Shown one piece after another: positions 38,979-47,090 of a DNA stretch of 64,000 nt. Source of the stretch: a virus. Taxonomy: Duplodnaviria > Heunggongvirae > Uroviricota > Caudoviricetes. The position numbers and the translations under genes are program-made. The notes under the pieces were generated by a model that was not told the DNA's origin, searched no databases, and saw only the letters and a program-made list of their open reading frames with translations. Numbering within the stretch: position 1 is the first letter of the stretch; every line of letters starts with the position of its first letter. The stretch covers positions 38,070 to 102,069 of IMG/VR virus record IMGVR_UViG_3300012933_000331; one strand, written 5' to 3'.

Positions 38979-39256
38979 CTTGATTGTGCAGCTTAAACAC
39001 TGTATAATAGATACTTATTCAGCGATAGTTCCGACACTAACATAGGACTTCGCAGATAGATCAGAACAATGTGGGCGGGAGTATGCCAATTAGTGAAACA
39101 CTGTTAATTCAGTGGGTGTATGGTGAAACAGATGCACTGGTCGAGACCCTCAGATTACCAGCTCTGAGCTAACAAAAAGGTTACAGATTTCTGATCTTGC
39201 TGCCACCGACAGATCTTCATATCGGGGAGATTTCGCACTATTCTAAAAAGTGTTAT

Positions 39257-39330
39257 CTCGGTGTAGTGAAATGGCATCACCCGTGCTTTGGGAGCATGAA
39301 GCGCAAGTTCGATTCTTGCCATCGAGACCA
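39257..39330 (+). tRNA. tRNA-Pro (TGG).
   Basis: Acceptor ctcggtg/catcgag; anticodon loop tttggga; T loop ttcgatt; CCA. Confidence 0.7.
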
Positions 39331-39701
39331 TATTGTTGTGGCCTTTGCTAGATTCCGGTTCAGTCTCGGAGCTTTACAAGAAGAAGTGGCCTTGCTTTCT
39401 AGATAAGCATTGTCTATACCTTGAGCTTAATATATATCAAGAAGTAATTGATCTATGTAAAATTAAGCCGATGCCTTAGCGGGTGTGGTAGTAAACAAAG
39501 GCTACAACAATATGGTAATTAAGTCTATCTCAATAGTTCAAAGTCTATATGCAGACCACATGAAGAAAACATCTTATATAACATATAAAGATGCTAAAGG
39601 TCATGAAATAGTCAGACAAGTTGTTGAGCAGTCTGTTACCTACAGTAAGTTCCCTGTGGCTGGAAACGGCAAGGGCTTATATGTAGATTTAGTAGTATAA
39701 T

Positions 39702-39785
39702 GCGTTGGTGGTGGAATGGTATACACGCTGGTCTTAGAAGCCAGTGCCGAAAGGATTGAGAGTTCGAGTCTCTCTCGACGCACCA
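39702..39785 (+). tRNA. tRNA-Leu (TAG), type II.
   Basis: Anticodon loop cttagaa; long variable arm; T arm gagag-ttcgagt-ctctc; CCA. Confidence 0.65.
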
Positions 39786-39791
39786 CAATTT

Positions 39792-39866
39792 GGGCTGTTA
39801 GTGATAATGGTAGCACAGGGCCTTTGCAAGGCTTAGGCGGGAGTTCGATTCTCCCACGGTCCACCA
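39792..39866 (+). tRNA. tRNA-Ala (TGC).
   Basis: Acceptor gggctgt/acggtcc with a G3:U70 pair; anticodon loop tttgcaa; T arm gggag-ttcgatt-ctccc; CCA. Confidence 0.65.
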
Positions 39867-40128
39867 AAGGAATAATATGAAATCACCAGTATACGGAGCC
39901 AGAGCTGGCAATGTTAAGTGCCGTGGCAAAAAGACAAAACTAATGTCTTGCCTTTGCTGTATGATGATTGATTTTAGATGGGACTATAAGTTCCGCAAAG
40001 CCAAAGAAGAATTTTATGAAAACACGAAAACCTAGGAACCACGTTGCACTTGCGCTGATGAAGCGTGGCGGCAGTGGTTCACATCAAAAAAGCCACAAGC
40101 AGCTTCGTGGCAAATGGAAGCGCAACCT

Positions 40129-40203
40129 GGACGTATAACTTAACGGCTAAAGTAGTGGGCTTTTAACCTACAAATCAGAGTTCGATTCTCTGTGCGTCTA
40201 CCA
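40129..40203 (+). tRNA. tRNA-Lys (TTT).
   Basis: Anticodon stem gtggg/cctac with loop cttttaa; T arm cagag-ttcgatt-ctctg; CCA. Confidence 0.7.
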
Positions 40204-40318
40204 TATTTGAGCATATTAGCAGATGGCGTTCAACCACTTGTTTAATCCTTGCAAGGCAACACGTTTACGGGAGCAAAGTACAAGTTCCAAAAGTGGATGC
40301 TAGTGTGCTCAAATATGG
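40201..40318 (+). repeat. Conserved inverted-repeat element, copy A. CCATATTTGAGCATAT, ~85-nt loop, then TAGTGTGCTCAAATATGG.
   Basis: Homologous to the elements at 46631..46740 and 47075..47137. The G/C to T/A change between copies is compensatory. Confidence 0.5.
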
Positions 40319-40325
40319 TATTTAC

Positions 40326-40417
40326 GGCTCTATAGTTTAATGGTAAAACGGCGGATTTATATCCCGTAAGCAACAGATAATTGGTTCATCTGGGTTCGAG
40401 TCCCGGTGGAGCTACCA
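40326..40417 (+). tRNA. Type-II tRNA (92 nt) with an ambiguous anticodon. It reads TAT by standard numbering, but the anticodon stem has a mismatch.
   Basis: Acceptor ggctcta/tggagct; T arm ctggg-ttcgagt-cccgg; CCA; ~22-nt variable arm. The loop tttatat does not match any canonical type-II isoacceptor. Confidence 0.45.
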
Positions 40418-40422
40418 AATAC

Positions 40423-40510
40423 GGAACACTGGCCGACCGGTTAAGGCATCAGATTGCTAATCTGACATTCAGTAATGGGTGAGTAGGTTCGATTCCTACG
40501 TGTTCCGCCA
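40423..40510 (+). tRNA. tRNA-Ser (GCT), type II.
   Basis: Acceptor ggaacac/gtgttcc; anticodon stem tcaga/tctga with loop ttgctaa; CCA. Confidence 0.7.
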
Positions 40511-40517
40511 AATTCAT

Positions 40518-40591
40518 GGTGTTTCTAGTGTAGTGGCAGCACTGCTGTCTGTGAAACAGTAAGCCAGGGTTCGATTCCCGGATTCACCCCA
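40518..40591 (+). tRNA. tRNA-His (GTG), probable. The acceptor stem has two U·U mismatches as I parsed it.
   Basis: Anticodon stem gctgt/acagt with loop ctgtgaa; T loop ttcgatt; discriminator C; a possible G-1. Confidence 0.45.
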
Positions 40592-40601
40592 AAAGGTTTT
40601 T

Positions 40602-40820
40602 ATGTCAGAAATTCAAGTATTACTAGATAAAGAAGCCAACCTAGCCAATCGTCGTAGCTTAGTGCACAAACAAATTGTGGTACTACGTGGGGAAACTCCT
40701 CCAGCGTGCTGGGGTAACGATGATTGCTCAACCAATATTATGTCACAATGCCCTTGGCGCATTGACTGTGACGGTCATGAAGCCGAACAGTGGCAGTCAA
40801 TTAATAGCTGGCAATTCTAA
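40602..40820 (+). CDS. Cys-rich hypothetical protein (72 aa).
   Basis: Track ORF lying between tRNAs. Confidence 0.35.
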   Translation: MSEIQVLLDKEANLANRRSLVHKQIVVLRGETPPACWGNDDCSTNIMSQCPWRIDCDGHEAEQWQSINSWQF

Positions 40821-40895
40821 GCCGATGTAGCTCAGTTGGTAGAGCAGCGGATTGAAAATCCGTGTGTCACTGGTTCGACCCCAGTCTTCGGCACC
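40821..40895 (+). tRNA. tRNA-Phe (GAA).
   Basis: D arm gctcagttggtagagc; anticodon loop ttgaaaa; T loop ttcgacc; CCA. Confidence 0.7.
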
Positions 40896-41076
40896 AAGTA
40901 TTTATAAGTTTGACCCTAAGCTGGAGTAGTTCTCTAGTCCTTTACCAACGGCCTAACTAGCCTAGTAGTTCTATAGGCCAACGCCTCGGCTCATACTCGA
41001 CCGTAGTTGGGGTTAAACTTATAAATATAGACTTGATTGTACAGCCTATTTGTTGTATAATTATCTTTTACGCAAT

Positions 41077-41151
41077 ACTGCTATCGTCTATCGGTTAGGA
41101 CACCGGGTTTTCAACCCGATAAGAGGGGTTCGACTCCCCTTAGCAGTACCA
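41077..41151 (+). tRNA. tRNA-Glu (TTC).
   Basis: Acceptor actgcta/tagcagt; anticodon loop ttttcaa; T arm agggg-ttcgact-cccct; CCA. Confidence 0.6.
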
Positions 41152-41156
41152 CACAC

Positions 41157-41231
41157 ACTGGGGTAGCTCAGCGGCAGAGCACTCGCTTGATAAGCGATAG
41201 GTCGAGGTCTCGGAATCCTCCCTCAGTACCA
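41157..41231 (+). tRNA. tRNA-Ile (GAT).
   Basis: Acceptor actgggg/cctcagt; D arm gctcagcggcagagc; anticodon loop ttgataa; CCA. Confidence 0.6.
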
Positions 41232-41333
41232 GATAACTTCTCCCGAAGTTACAGTCCAGGACACGCGGACTCAAAAACGATGTGGAAGTGGGTGGAAGCC
41301 CCACACTTTTACACACAACACACAGGAGATACT

Positions 41334-41564
41334 ATGAGTAAATCACCTTTTGAAATTCGTCTTGAAATCCTCAAGATGACCGCAGAGCTTATGCAAGCTG
41401 AGTATGAATCCAACATGGAGTTCATTACCGAAATGCAAGAAAACCTGGCTGACAAGGGAATGAACACCCAGGCTATGATTGAAAAATTCATGCCCAAGCC
41501 TTTTGACTTCCAAGAAATGCTGGAAAAGTCCAAGAAGTTTTACGAGTTTGTAAATGCTAAGTGA
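41334..41564 (+). CDS. Hypothetical protein (76 aa).
   Basis: RBS caggagat precedes the ATG. Confidence 0.45.
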   Translation: MSKSPFEIRLEILKMTAELMQAEYESNMEFITEMQENLADKGMNTQAMIEKFMPKPFDFQEMLEKSKKFYEFVNAK

Positions 41565-41568
41565 TTTA

Positions 41569-41709
41569 ATGAAGAAACTTCAGGATGTGTTTAGACCATA
41601 CACATTTGAAGATTTCGTCAAAGATCAAAACCCACAAACTTGGTCAGAATTAAAAGAACTAGAGCGTACTTGGTATCGTGCCAAGGACGACTTTAAGAAA
41701 ATGTATTAA
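41569..41709 (+). CDS. Small protein (46 aa).
   Basis: Tight spacing with the preceding gene. Confidence 0.35.
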   Translation: MKKLQDVFRPYTFEDFVKDQNPQTWSELKELERTWYRAKDDFKKMY

Positions 41710-41779
41710 CGCGGGGAGTCAGGGTAGAGGCAAGCCTCATAAGCTCCGCCTGGAAGGTTCGAGTCCTTCCCCCGCAACC
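41709..41779 (+). tRNA. Degenerate tRNA-like element. Good T arm, acceptor and CCA with a CTCATAA (Met-like) anticodon loop, but a truncated D region. Possible tRNA-Met pseudogene or an unusual tRNA.
   Basis: T arm gaagg-ttcgagt-ccttc; 3' ccccgca-a-cca; only 71 nt; anticodon stem has 3 bp. Confidence 0.3.
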
Positions 41780-42200
41780 AATACGGCCTTCCAGCACTCT
41801 AGCGAGCTGCTTAGTGAACTGGTAAAATCGGCACTTGGCCTGCCACCATATTTTGACAATAGATACGATTGCTTATCTGAGGAAACTCGCCGGTGTATCC
41901 CGTCTATGTGTGGATATAAGCACCACGCTACATTGTCATTGCAGGCTTGTAAACAAATCAGTGCTAATACCACTGTCCTGCGTCCGTTGAAGCGAAAACA
42001 AGATGGGCTGCTCTCACGGGGTTTGATGTTTCCTGACACAAAAATAACACACACTTAAAGCTACTGTTTGCTTATGGCTACAGACTATGCCCCCTTAGTG
42101 GATCTTAAACAGCGTCAATGTCTTCAGTGTCAACGAAATGTCACGCCGGAGAATGTAACCGGCACTAATACCAGTGCAGCTGCGATGATTAAGATCGCAC

Positions 42201-42275
42201 GGACACGTAGCACAGCGGTAGTGCAGCAGGTTCATATTCTGTTGGTCGCTGGTTCAAATCCAGCCGTGTCCACCA
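42201..42275 (+). tRNA. tRNA-Met (CAT).
   Basis: Acceptor ggacacg/cgtgtcc; anticodon loop ttcatat; T loop ttcaaat; CCA. Confidence 0.7.
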
Positions 42276-42369
42276 CAAAAAATTCAGACTTGTTGTTGAA
42301 ATCAAAAGTCTGTATAATTAATGTTTTAGCGGCGAGAACAATAGTTCGCTGAACAGATTCTGAAAAATG

Positions 42370-42401
42370 AACTTGTTCTCGCAGTTATTATTTGATATAA
42401 T
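42370..42401 (+). promoter_or_regulatory. sigma70 promoter (TTGTTC, 17-nt spacer, TGATATAAT) for the Y-RNA-like element.
   Basis: Read directly from the sequence. Confidence 0.45.
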
Positions 42402-42407
42402 AGATAC

Positions 42408-42725
42408 TTAAATTAAAGAACTTAGTGTAGTGATTAGATTTCAGGTACTTCATACTATGAAACTACCGTTAAATTCGCAACATTCAGCAGGTCTTCGTTG
42501 CTCCTGCCTAAGTTTAAGGTAAGCGTTCTTTGATAGGTAAACGCTTCCAGCCCTGAACTAGAGTGTTCTCTCTGAGTTCTTTAATTTAGGTATAGTGAAA
42601 GAAACAGTTACTTCACTTCTAATGACGATGTCGGTGGTTCGAGTCCACCTAAGCTGGTCTCTAGCTTATAGCTCAGTTGGTAGAGCGCGCAAATCTCTGT
42701 TTCGCCTAGTTCTTACTTATTTACA
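42408..42725 (+). ncRNA. Candidate Y-RNA-like (YrlA-type) ncRNA immediately upstream of rsr. It has a long terminal helix and a tRNA-like module.
   Basis: An 18-bp helix forms between 42409-42426 (taaattaaagaacttagtg) and 42573-42590 (ctgagttctttaattta). A T-arm/acceptor-3' module ggtgg-ttcgagt-ccacc-taagctg lies at 42627..42656. It is followed by a tRNA 5'-half-like segment (tagctta-ta-gctcagttggtagagc…) at 42668..42700. No credible ORF; rsr starts at 42735. Confidence 0.4.
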
Positions 42726-42734
42726 AGGAATCAA

Positions 42735-44045
42735 ATGTCTTCGATCAATCGTGTTGTGCGTCAGCCTGCTACAAATTCAGTGGGTACGCAAGTATCCCAA
42801 ATTAATGCAGAACGTCAGCTAAAGCGTGTAACCATGGCAGCAATGTTGTGGGAAAACCAGTTCTATATGGACGGTAAAACTCATGCCGAATTGGTCAAAG
42901 ACCTTGTAGCCAAAGTCGCTCCTGAAAAGGTTTCGGCTCTGGCTGAGGAAGCCCGTACAAAGTTTAAACTTCGTCACATTCCTCTGTTGCTTGTACGCGA
43001 ACTTGCTCGAAACGGAAAAATGCAAGCACAAGCCCTAACCAATGTTATTCAACGTCCAGACGAAATGTCTGAATTTTTGAGTATCTATTGGAAGGAAGGC
43101 AAAACTGCTGTATCGAACCAAGTTAAAAAAGGCCTTGCAGCTTGCTTTAACAAGTTTTCGGAATACCAGCTTGCCAAATGGAATAAGAATTCATCCGCAA
43201 TCAAATTGCGCGATGTAATGTTTATCTCCCACCCTAAACCGCAAAATGCCGAGCAAACAGCGCTGTTCCAGCGCATTGCGGCTGATACACTTGAAACTCC
43301 CGACACATGGGAAACTCAATTATCTAGCGGCGCAGATAAGTGTGGTACGTTTACTCGTCTTATGACTGAGAAGAAGCTAGGTGCTCTAGCTTTCTTGCGT
43401 AATCTGCGTAATATGCGCGACAGTGGTGTAGCGGATTCCCTTATCCGCAGTTATGCACAAACTGTTGACGTTAGCAAAGTCCTGCCTTTCCGCTATATTG
43501 CGGCGGCACGTATTGTTCCACAATACGAGGATATGCTAGAACAAATGATGTTTCGCAGCCTAGCGACACATCAAAAAATTCCTGGAAAGACTGTTCTGTT
43601 GATCGACGTAAGTGGCTCAATGTTCGGTACCAGAATTTCCTCAAAATCAGATCTAGATCGCTTCGATGCGGCAGCAGCACTCGCTATGCTGTGCCGTGAA
43701 GTTTGTGAGGAAGTCGAGATTTATAGCTTTAGTAATAATGCTGTGCGCGTTGCACCTCGTCGTGGATTTGCTCTCCGCGAAGCTATTTCAAGCTCTCAAA
43801 GTCACGGTGGAACTGCTCTTGGCAATTCCATGAAGACTGTAAACAGCGCGAGTTCATATGACCGTTGCATTGTGTTTACTGATGAGCAAAGCTATGATCG
43901 CCCAGGTGCTCCTCGTGGTAAAGGTTACGTTATCAACGTAGCTGCCTACGAAAACGGAGTCAACCACCAAGCATGGACTGAGATCAATGGTTTCTCAGAA
44001 GCTGTAATTGATTACATCCAGGCATTGGAGCAGGAAGCTGCTTAA
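42735..44045 (+). CDS. rsr: Ro60 ortholog Rsr (TROVE plus vWA domains).
   Basis: C-terminal vWA domain with MIDAS motif VLLIDVSGSM…GGTALGN…CIVFTDEQSY, closely matching the Ro60 pattern (DVSxSM…GGTD…IVFTDNE). The N-terminus is TROVE-like. Confidence 0.7.
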   Translation: MSSINRVVRQPATNSVGTQVSQINAERQLKRVTMAAMLWENQFYMDGKTHAELVKDLVAKVAPEKVSALAEEARTKFKLRHIPLLLVRELARNGKMQAQALTNVIQRPDEMSEFLSIYWKEGKTAVSNQVKKGLAACFNKFSEYQLAKWNKNSSAIKLRDVMFISHPKPQNAEQTALFQRIAADTLETPDTWETQLSSGADKCGTFTRLMTEKKLGALAFLRNLRNMRDSGVADSLIRSYAQTVDVSKVLPFRYIAAARIVPQYEDMLEQMMFRSLATHQKIPGKTVLLIDVSGSMFGTRISSKSDLDRFDAAAALAMLCREVCEEVEIYSFSNNAVRVAPRRGFALREAISSSQSHGGTALGNSMKTVNSASSYDRCIVFTDEQSYDRPGAPRGKGYVINVAAYENGVNHQAWTEINGFSEAVIDYIQALEQEAA

Positions 44046-44428
44046 CCTACTTACCCACGACCCAAGCCTGTAGCCAGTCAGGTGTTATAAAGGTGGGGCT
44101 CTAAGCTAAGGGCTTAGAATAGCATATGGTGCACTAGTACAGTTACTTCTATTTGGTTTGAAAACACACTGTACTTAATTATTCCTATGTTATTCTAAGC
44201 CCTTTGCGCTTTTATCGGCTACTTCTAGACTCTTAATCTAACCAAAACACCGATAATACTTATTCAAGGGCTATTTTATTATTGCTTTGGCGATAGTTAC
44301 AGTTTCATCAAAAGTTCGATTCTTTTATTACGAGCCTATTCGTTATTCGCCAAGTGGTATGGCACCGGAAGCATATTCCGGGAAAACTCTGTAGCGATTT
44401 ATTCCAAGCACCTTACAAGGAAATTACA

Positions 44429-44677
44429 ATGAGTGATGGTGGCAAAGGCTCAAAGCCTAGACCCTTAAGCGTAGCAAACGAAGAATACGCAGCACGCTGG
44501 GACGCAATCTTTGGTCGCGATAGGCTAGAAGATTCGGAAACAGACAAAACAACTCGTAATAATAGCGAAACACAAGAAGCCTTGGCACAAGGCAAGTCGG
44601 TTCCACTTTCAAGTCTGCCTGAACTACAAGAAATTGTATGCAAAGGCTTAGCTGATGGTACACTCTTCTTAAGTTAA
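44429..44677 (+). CDS. Hypothetical acidic protein (82 aa).
   Basis: RBS aaggaaat precedes the ATG; start trimmed. Confidence 0.4.
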   Translation: MSDGGKGSKPRPLSVANEEYAARWDAIFGRDRLEDSETDKTTRNNSETQEALAQGKSVPLSSLPELQEIVCKGLADGTLFLS

Positions 44678-44681
44678 ATAT

Positions 44682-44755
44682 ATGTCCCTGGTGTAATGGC
44701 AGCACGTTGGTCTCCAAAACCATTGGTCAGAGTTCGAGTCTCTGGGGGCGTGCCA
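44682..44755 (+). tRNA. tRNA-Trp (CCA).
   Basis: Anticodon loop ctccaaa; T arm cagag-ttcgagt-ctctg; CCA. Confidence 0.65.
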
Positions 44756-44806
44756 AAATTTAGACTTGTTGTTGATTTCAAAACTTGATATAATTATTCT
44801 TTAAAC

Positions 44807-44892
44807 GGAGAAGATGTTCTAATGGTAGGACAGCGGATTGTAAATCCGTGGCCTCTAGAGGCAAGTGGGTTCGATCCCCTCATTCTCCACCA
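44807..44892 (+). tRNA. tRNA-Tyr (GTA), type II.
   Basis: Acceptor ggagaag/attctcc; anticodon stem gcgga/tccgt with loop ttgtaaa; 15-nt variable arm; CCA. Confidence 0.7.
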
Positions 44893-44899
44893 GATTTAT

Positions 44900-44983
44900 G
44901 CGACTGTGGTGGAATGGTATACACAGCAGACTTAAAATCTGCCGCTTAATTGATTAAGGGTTCAAGTCCCTTCAGTCGTACCA
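44900..44983 (+). tRNA. tRNA-Leu (TAA), type II.
   Basis: Acceptor gcgactg/cagtcgt; anticodon stem gcaga/tctgc with loop cttaaaa; CCA. Confidence 0.7.
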
Positions 44984-45432
44984 GTTTAGTCTAGTAAGGA
45001 AAGTAAACGGAGAATGGGAAGCGATAGAGAGCTGAATCGAATCGCGGATACCTCACCGGCTAGACATTTCATATGGTCTTAAAGTGTTCATGGACGCACA
45101 CAGCACTGTCACTGCTGTAGATGGGGATCGTTACCCCATAAGACCGCCAAATTTATCAGTACCTATCATAGATAAGTAAGTTACGTCAAGCTGTATATGC
45201 TTATAAGCGTCTAATAAGATTTACTATACTGATTATAGAACCTGCCTTAGGTCCGTGCCGTTACGGTTAGAGCGTCCGTAACTCATCCGTTGGATACGAT
45301 AAGTCCAAGCTGGAACCGTAACCAGCACTATTATTTTAGCGTATTACCATCCATTATAAACAAGCAGGAGAGATACCTGTTGTCCAGCGATCACATCAAC
45401 GGGGTAAGGGGTAGTGTGCTAAACTAATATAT

Positions 45433-45507
45433 TCCACAGTAGCACAGCGGTAGTGCAAACGACTGTTAATCGTTTGGTCATTGGTTCGATCCCAGTCTGT
45501 GGAGCCA
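45433..45507 (+). tRNA. tRNA-Asn (GTT).
   Basis: Acceptor tccacag/ctgtgga; anticodon stem aacga/tcgtt with loop ctgttaa; CCA. Confidence 0.7.
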
Positions 45508-45636
45508 AATATAGTCTTAGTGAATAAATCAGTTACTTCTTTTAATGCTTATAAAAACGATGCCCGTTCGATTCGTGGCAAGGCCGCTGGTGCATGGGCC
45601 AATATCTGATTTTACTGTTCTAGACTTTTCTTTTGT

Positions 45637-45710
45637 TGGGGGTTAGTGAAATGGTATCACACGGGATTTTGATTCCCTTGTCACAGGTTCGATTCCTGTA
45701 CCCTCTGCCA
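45637..45710 (+). tRNA. tRNA-Gln (TTG).
   Basis: Anticodon loop ttttgat; T arm acagg-ttcgatt-cctgt; CCA. One mismatch at acceptor positions 1-72. Confidence 0.55.
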
Positions 45711-45718
45711 CACTTAAT

Positions 45719-45795
45719 GCGTTCGTAGCATAACTGGATAATGCCCTAGCCTACGAAGTTAGAAATTGGGAGTTCGAATCTCTCCGGACGCTCCA
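45719..45795 (+). tRNA. tRNA-Arg (ACG).
   Basis: Acceptor gcgttcg/cggacgc; anticodon loop ctacgaa; T arm gggag-ttcgaat-ctctc; CCA. Confidence 0.7.
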
Positions 45796-45803
45796 CATAT
45801 ATC

Positions 45804-46274
45804 ATGCACAAATTTAACTTACAAGAAGTCAAAGACTTCATTAATGCTCAGTCAGCTGAAACCAAGGTTTACCTTGGCGCTGATAGCGAACGTGTTAAAG
45901 TTAATGGTGTATGGCACGCTGACTATACTCTAGCAGTTGTTGTTCACATTGACGGTAATCACGGTTGCAAAATCTTTGGTTCAGTAACTCGTGAACGCGA
46001 CTTTGACCAAAAGGTGTCGAAACCAGCACTTCGCTTAATGCAAGAAGTATATAAGGTTTCAGACCTATTTCATGAACTTTCAGATGTACTACAAGATCGT
46101 CACGTTGAAGTTCACCTAGATATTAACCCCAACCTAATGTACGGTTCTAGCTGTGTTGTTCAACAAGCTATTGGCTATATCAAAGGTACTTGTAATGTTG
46201 ATGCTCAAGTAAAGCCCAACGCTTTTGCAGCAAGCTATGCTGCTGACCGATTAAAATTTGTATTGGCTAACTAA
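45804..46274 (+). CDS. Hypothetical protein (156 aa).
   Basis: Track ORF. Confidence 0.5.
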   Translation: MHKFNLQEVKDFINAQSAETKVYLGADSERVKVNGVWHADYTLAVVVHIDGNHGCKIFGSVTRERDFDQKVSKPALRLMQEVYKVSDLFHELSDVLQDRHVEVHLDINPNLMYGSSCVVQQAIGYIKGTCNVDAQVKPNAFAASYAADRLKFVLAN

Positions 46275-46479
46275 AATGTCCGACCGCTTCGACCTAGAAC
46301 AAAATATCATGCAATGCTGGAATGTTTGTGATGACATTCAGCTGATGCTTGATATGTATGATAAGCTGGACGAAGATGCCAAGCAAAACTATTTGATCGG
46401 ACTCAAACAAATGTATCAAATGAAGTTTGAGCGATTATGGGACAACTTTGAAGGTTGTATTCGTCGTAAACAAATTTAA
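46258..46479 (+). CDS. Hypothetical protein (73 aa).
   Basis: Track ORF overlapping the previous stop. Confidence 0.4.
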   Translation: MYWLTKMSDRFDLEQNIMQCWNVCDDIQLMLDMYDKLDEDAKQNYLIGLKQMYQMKFERLWDNFEGCIRRKQI

Positions 46480-46480
46480 T

Positions 46481-46555
46481 GTAGGTGTGGCGGAACGGCT
46501 ACGCGTCGGATTGCAAATCCGTTCTATGCAGGTTCGAGTCCTGTCACCTACTCCA
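46481..46555 (+). tRNA. tRNA-Cys (GCA).
   Basis: Acceptor gtaggtg/cacctac; anticodon loop ttgcaaa; T loop ttcgagt; CCA. Confidence 0.65.
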
Positions 46556-46557
46556 AT

Positions 46558-46633
46558 GCCGGTTTAGCTCAGTTGGTAGAGCAACTCCCTTGTAACGAGA
46601 AGGTCGCGTGTTCGATTCATGCAACCGGCACCA
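46558..46633 (+). tRNA. tRNA-Thr (TGT).
   Basis: Acceptor gccggtt/aaccggc; D arm gctcagttggtagagc; anticodon loop cttgtaa; T loop ttcgatt; CCA. Confidence 0.6.
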
Positions 46634-46740
46634 TATTTTAGCATATTACTTGCCACTTAATGCATATATGTGGAGTAACGCGCGCACACCTTCCACGGGT
46701 AATCAGGAGCACCTGACATGGGTAGTATGCTAAAATATGG
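46631..46740 (+). repeat. Conserved inverted-repeat element, copy B. CCATATTTTAGCATAT, ~75-nt loop, then TAGTATGCTAAAATATGG. Its right arm is the 5' end of the tmRNA acceptor piece.
   Basis: Covaries with copy A (40201..40318). Identical 12- and 14-mers recur at 47077..47088 and 47122..47135. Confidence 0.5.
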
Positions 46741-47090
46741 TTGTATGAAGCAGACAGAAACAGGTTCTGGACGCGGGTTCGAGTCCCGCCAGCTCCACCA
46801 TAAGCGTATTTAAGGGGGTTCGAGTCCTCTCTATAAAACTGGTAGTTGTAAGTAATACGCTTTTGATGGGGCTGCATTTGGTTTCGACAGGGCAAAGAGT
46901 AAACAAGTAGACAACTCGGCAATGTAGAAGCCGTAGGGTTAGGGATTCCTGGCCGCAGAAGCAAAACAAAAATAAACGCAAACGATACACAGTTCGCATT
47001 GGTAGCCTAACAGCCGCCTAGGGTTTTGTCAGGTTTTCCTCGTAACAGAATAAACCTGACCCTAAACCAACATAAATTTTAGCATATTGA
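46721..47090 (+). ncRNA. ssrA: Circularly permuted (two-piece) tmRNA gene. The acceptor piece (…T arm, CCAGCUCCACCA) is at ~46721..46800, an intervening segment at 46801..46867, and the coding piece (GGGGCUG…tag ORF…) at 46868..~47090.
   Basis: The 3' hallmark ctggacgcgggttcgagtcccgccagctccacca ends at 46800, upstream of the 5' hallmark ggggctgcatttggtttcgacaggg beginning at 46868. Acceptor pairing ggggctg/cagctcc keeps G3:U70. The resume codon and tag GCA AAC GAT ACA CAG TTC GCA TTG GTA GCC TAA (46978..47010) encode (A)ANDTQFALVA, preceded by …gcaaaacaaaaataaac as in E. coli tmRNA. No T arm or acceptor follows the tag. A putative P2 pairing joins 46722-46735 with 47077-47088. Confidence 0.7.

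Noticed and set aside
39197-39406. 69-aa ORF
   Set aside because: Spans tRNA-Pro (39257..39330).
39640-39867. 75-aa minus-strand ORF
   Set aside because: Antisense to tRNA-Leu and tRNA-Ala.
41678-42058. 126-aa plus-strand ORF and the 105-aa minus-strand ORF opposite
   Set aside because: Cover the degenerate tRNA-like element and the spacer upstream of tRNA-Met. No RBS and no coding-like composition.
42595-42822. 75-aa ORF
   Set aside because: Lies across the Y-RNA-like tRNA module. rsr begins at 42735 in another frame.
46638-46999. Minus-strand ORFs 46638..46964 and 46730..46999
   Set aside because: Antisense to the tmRNA locus.
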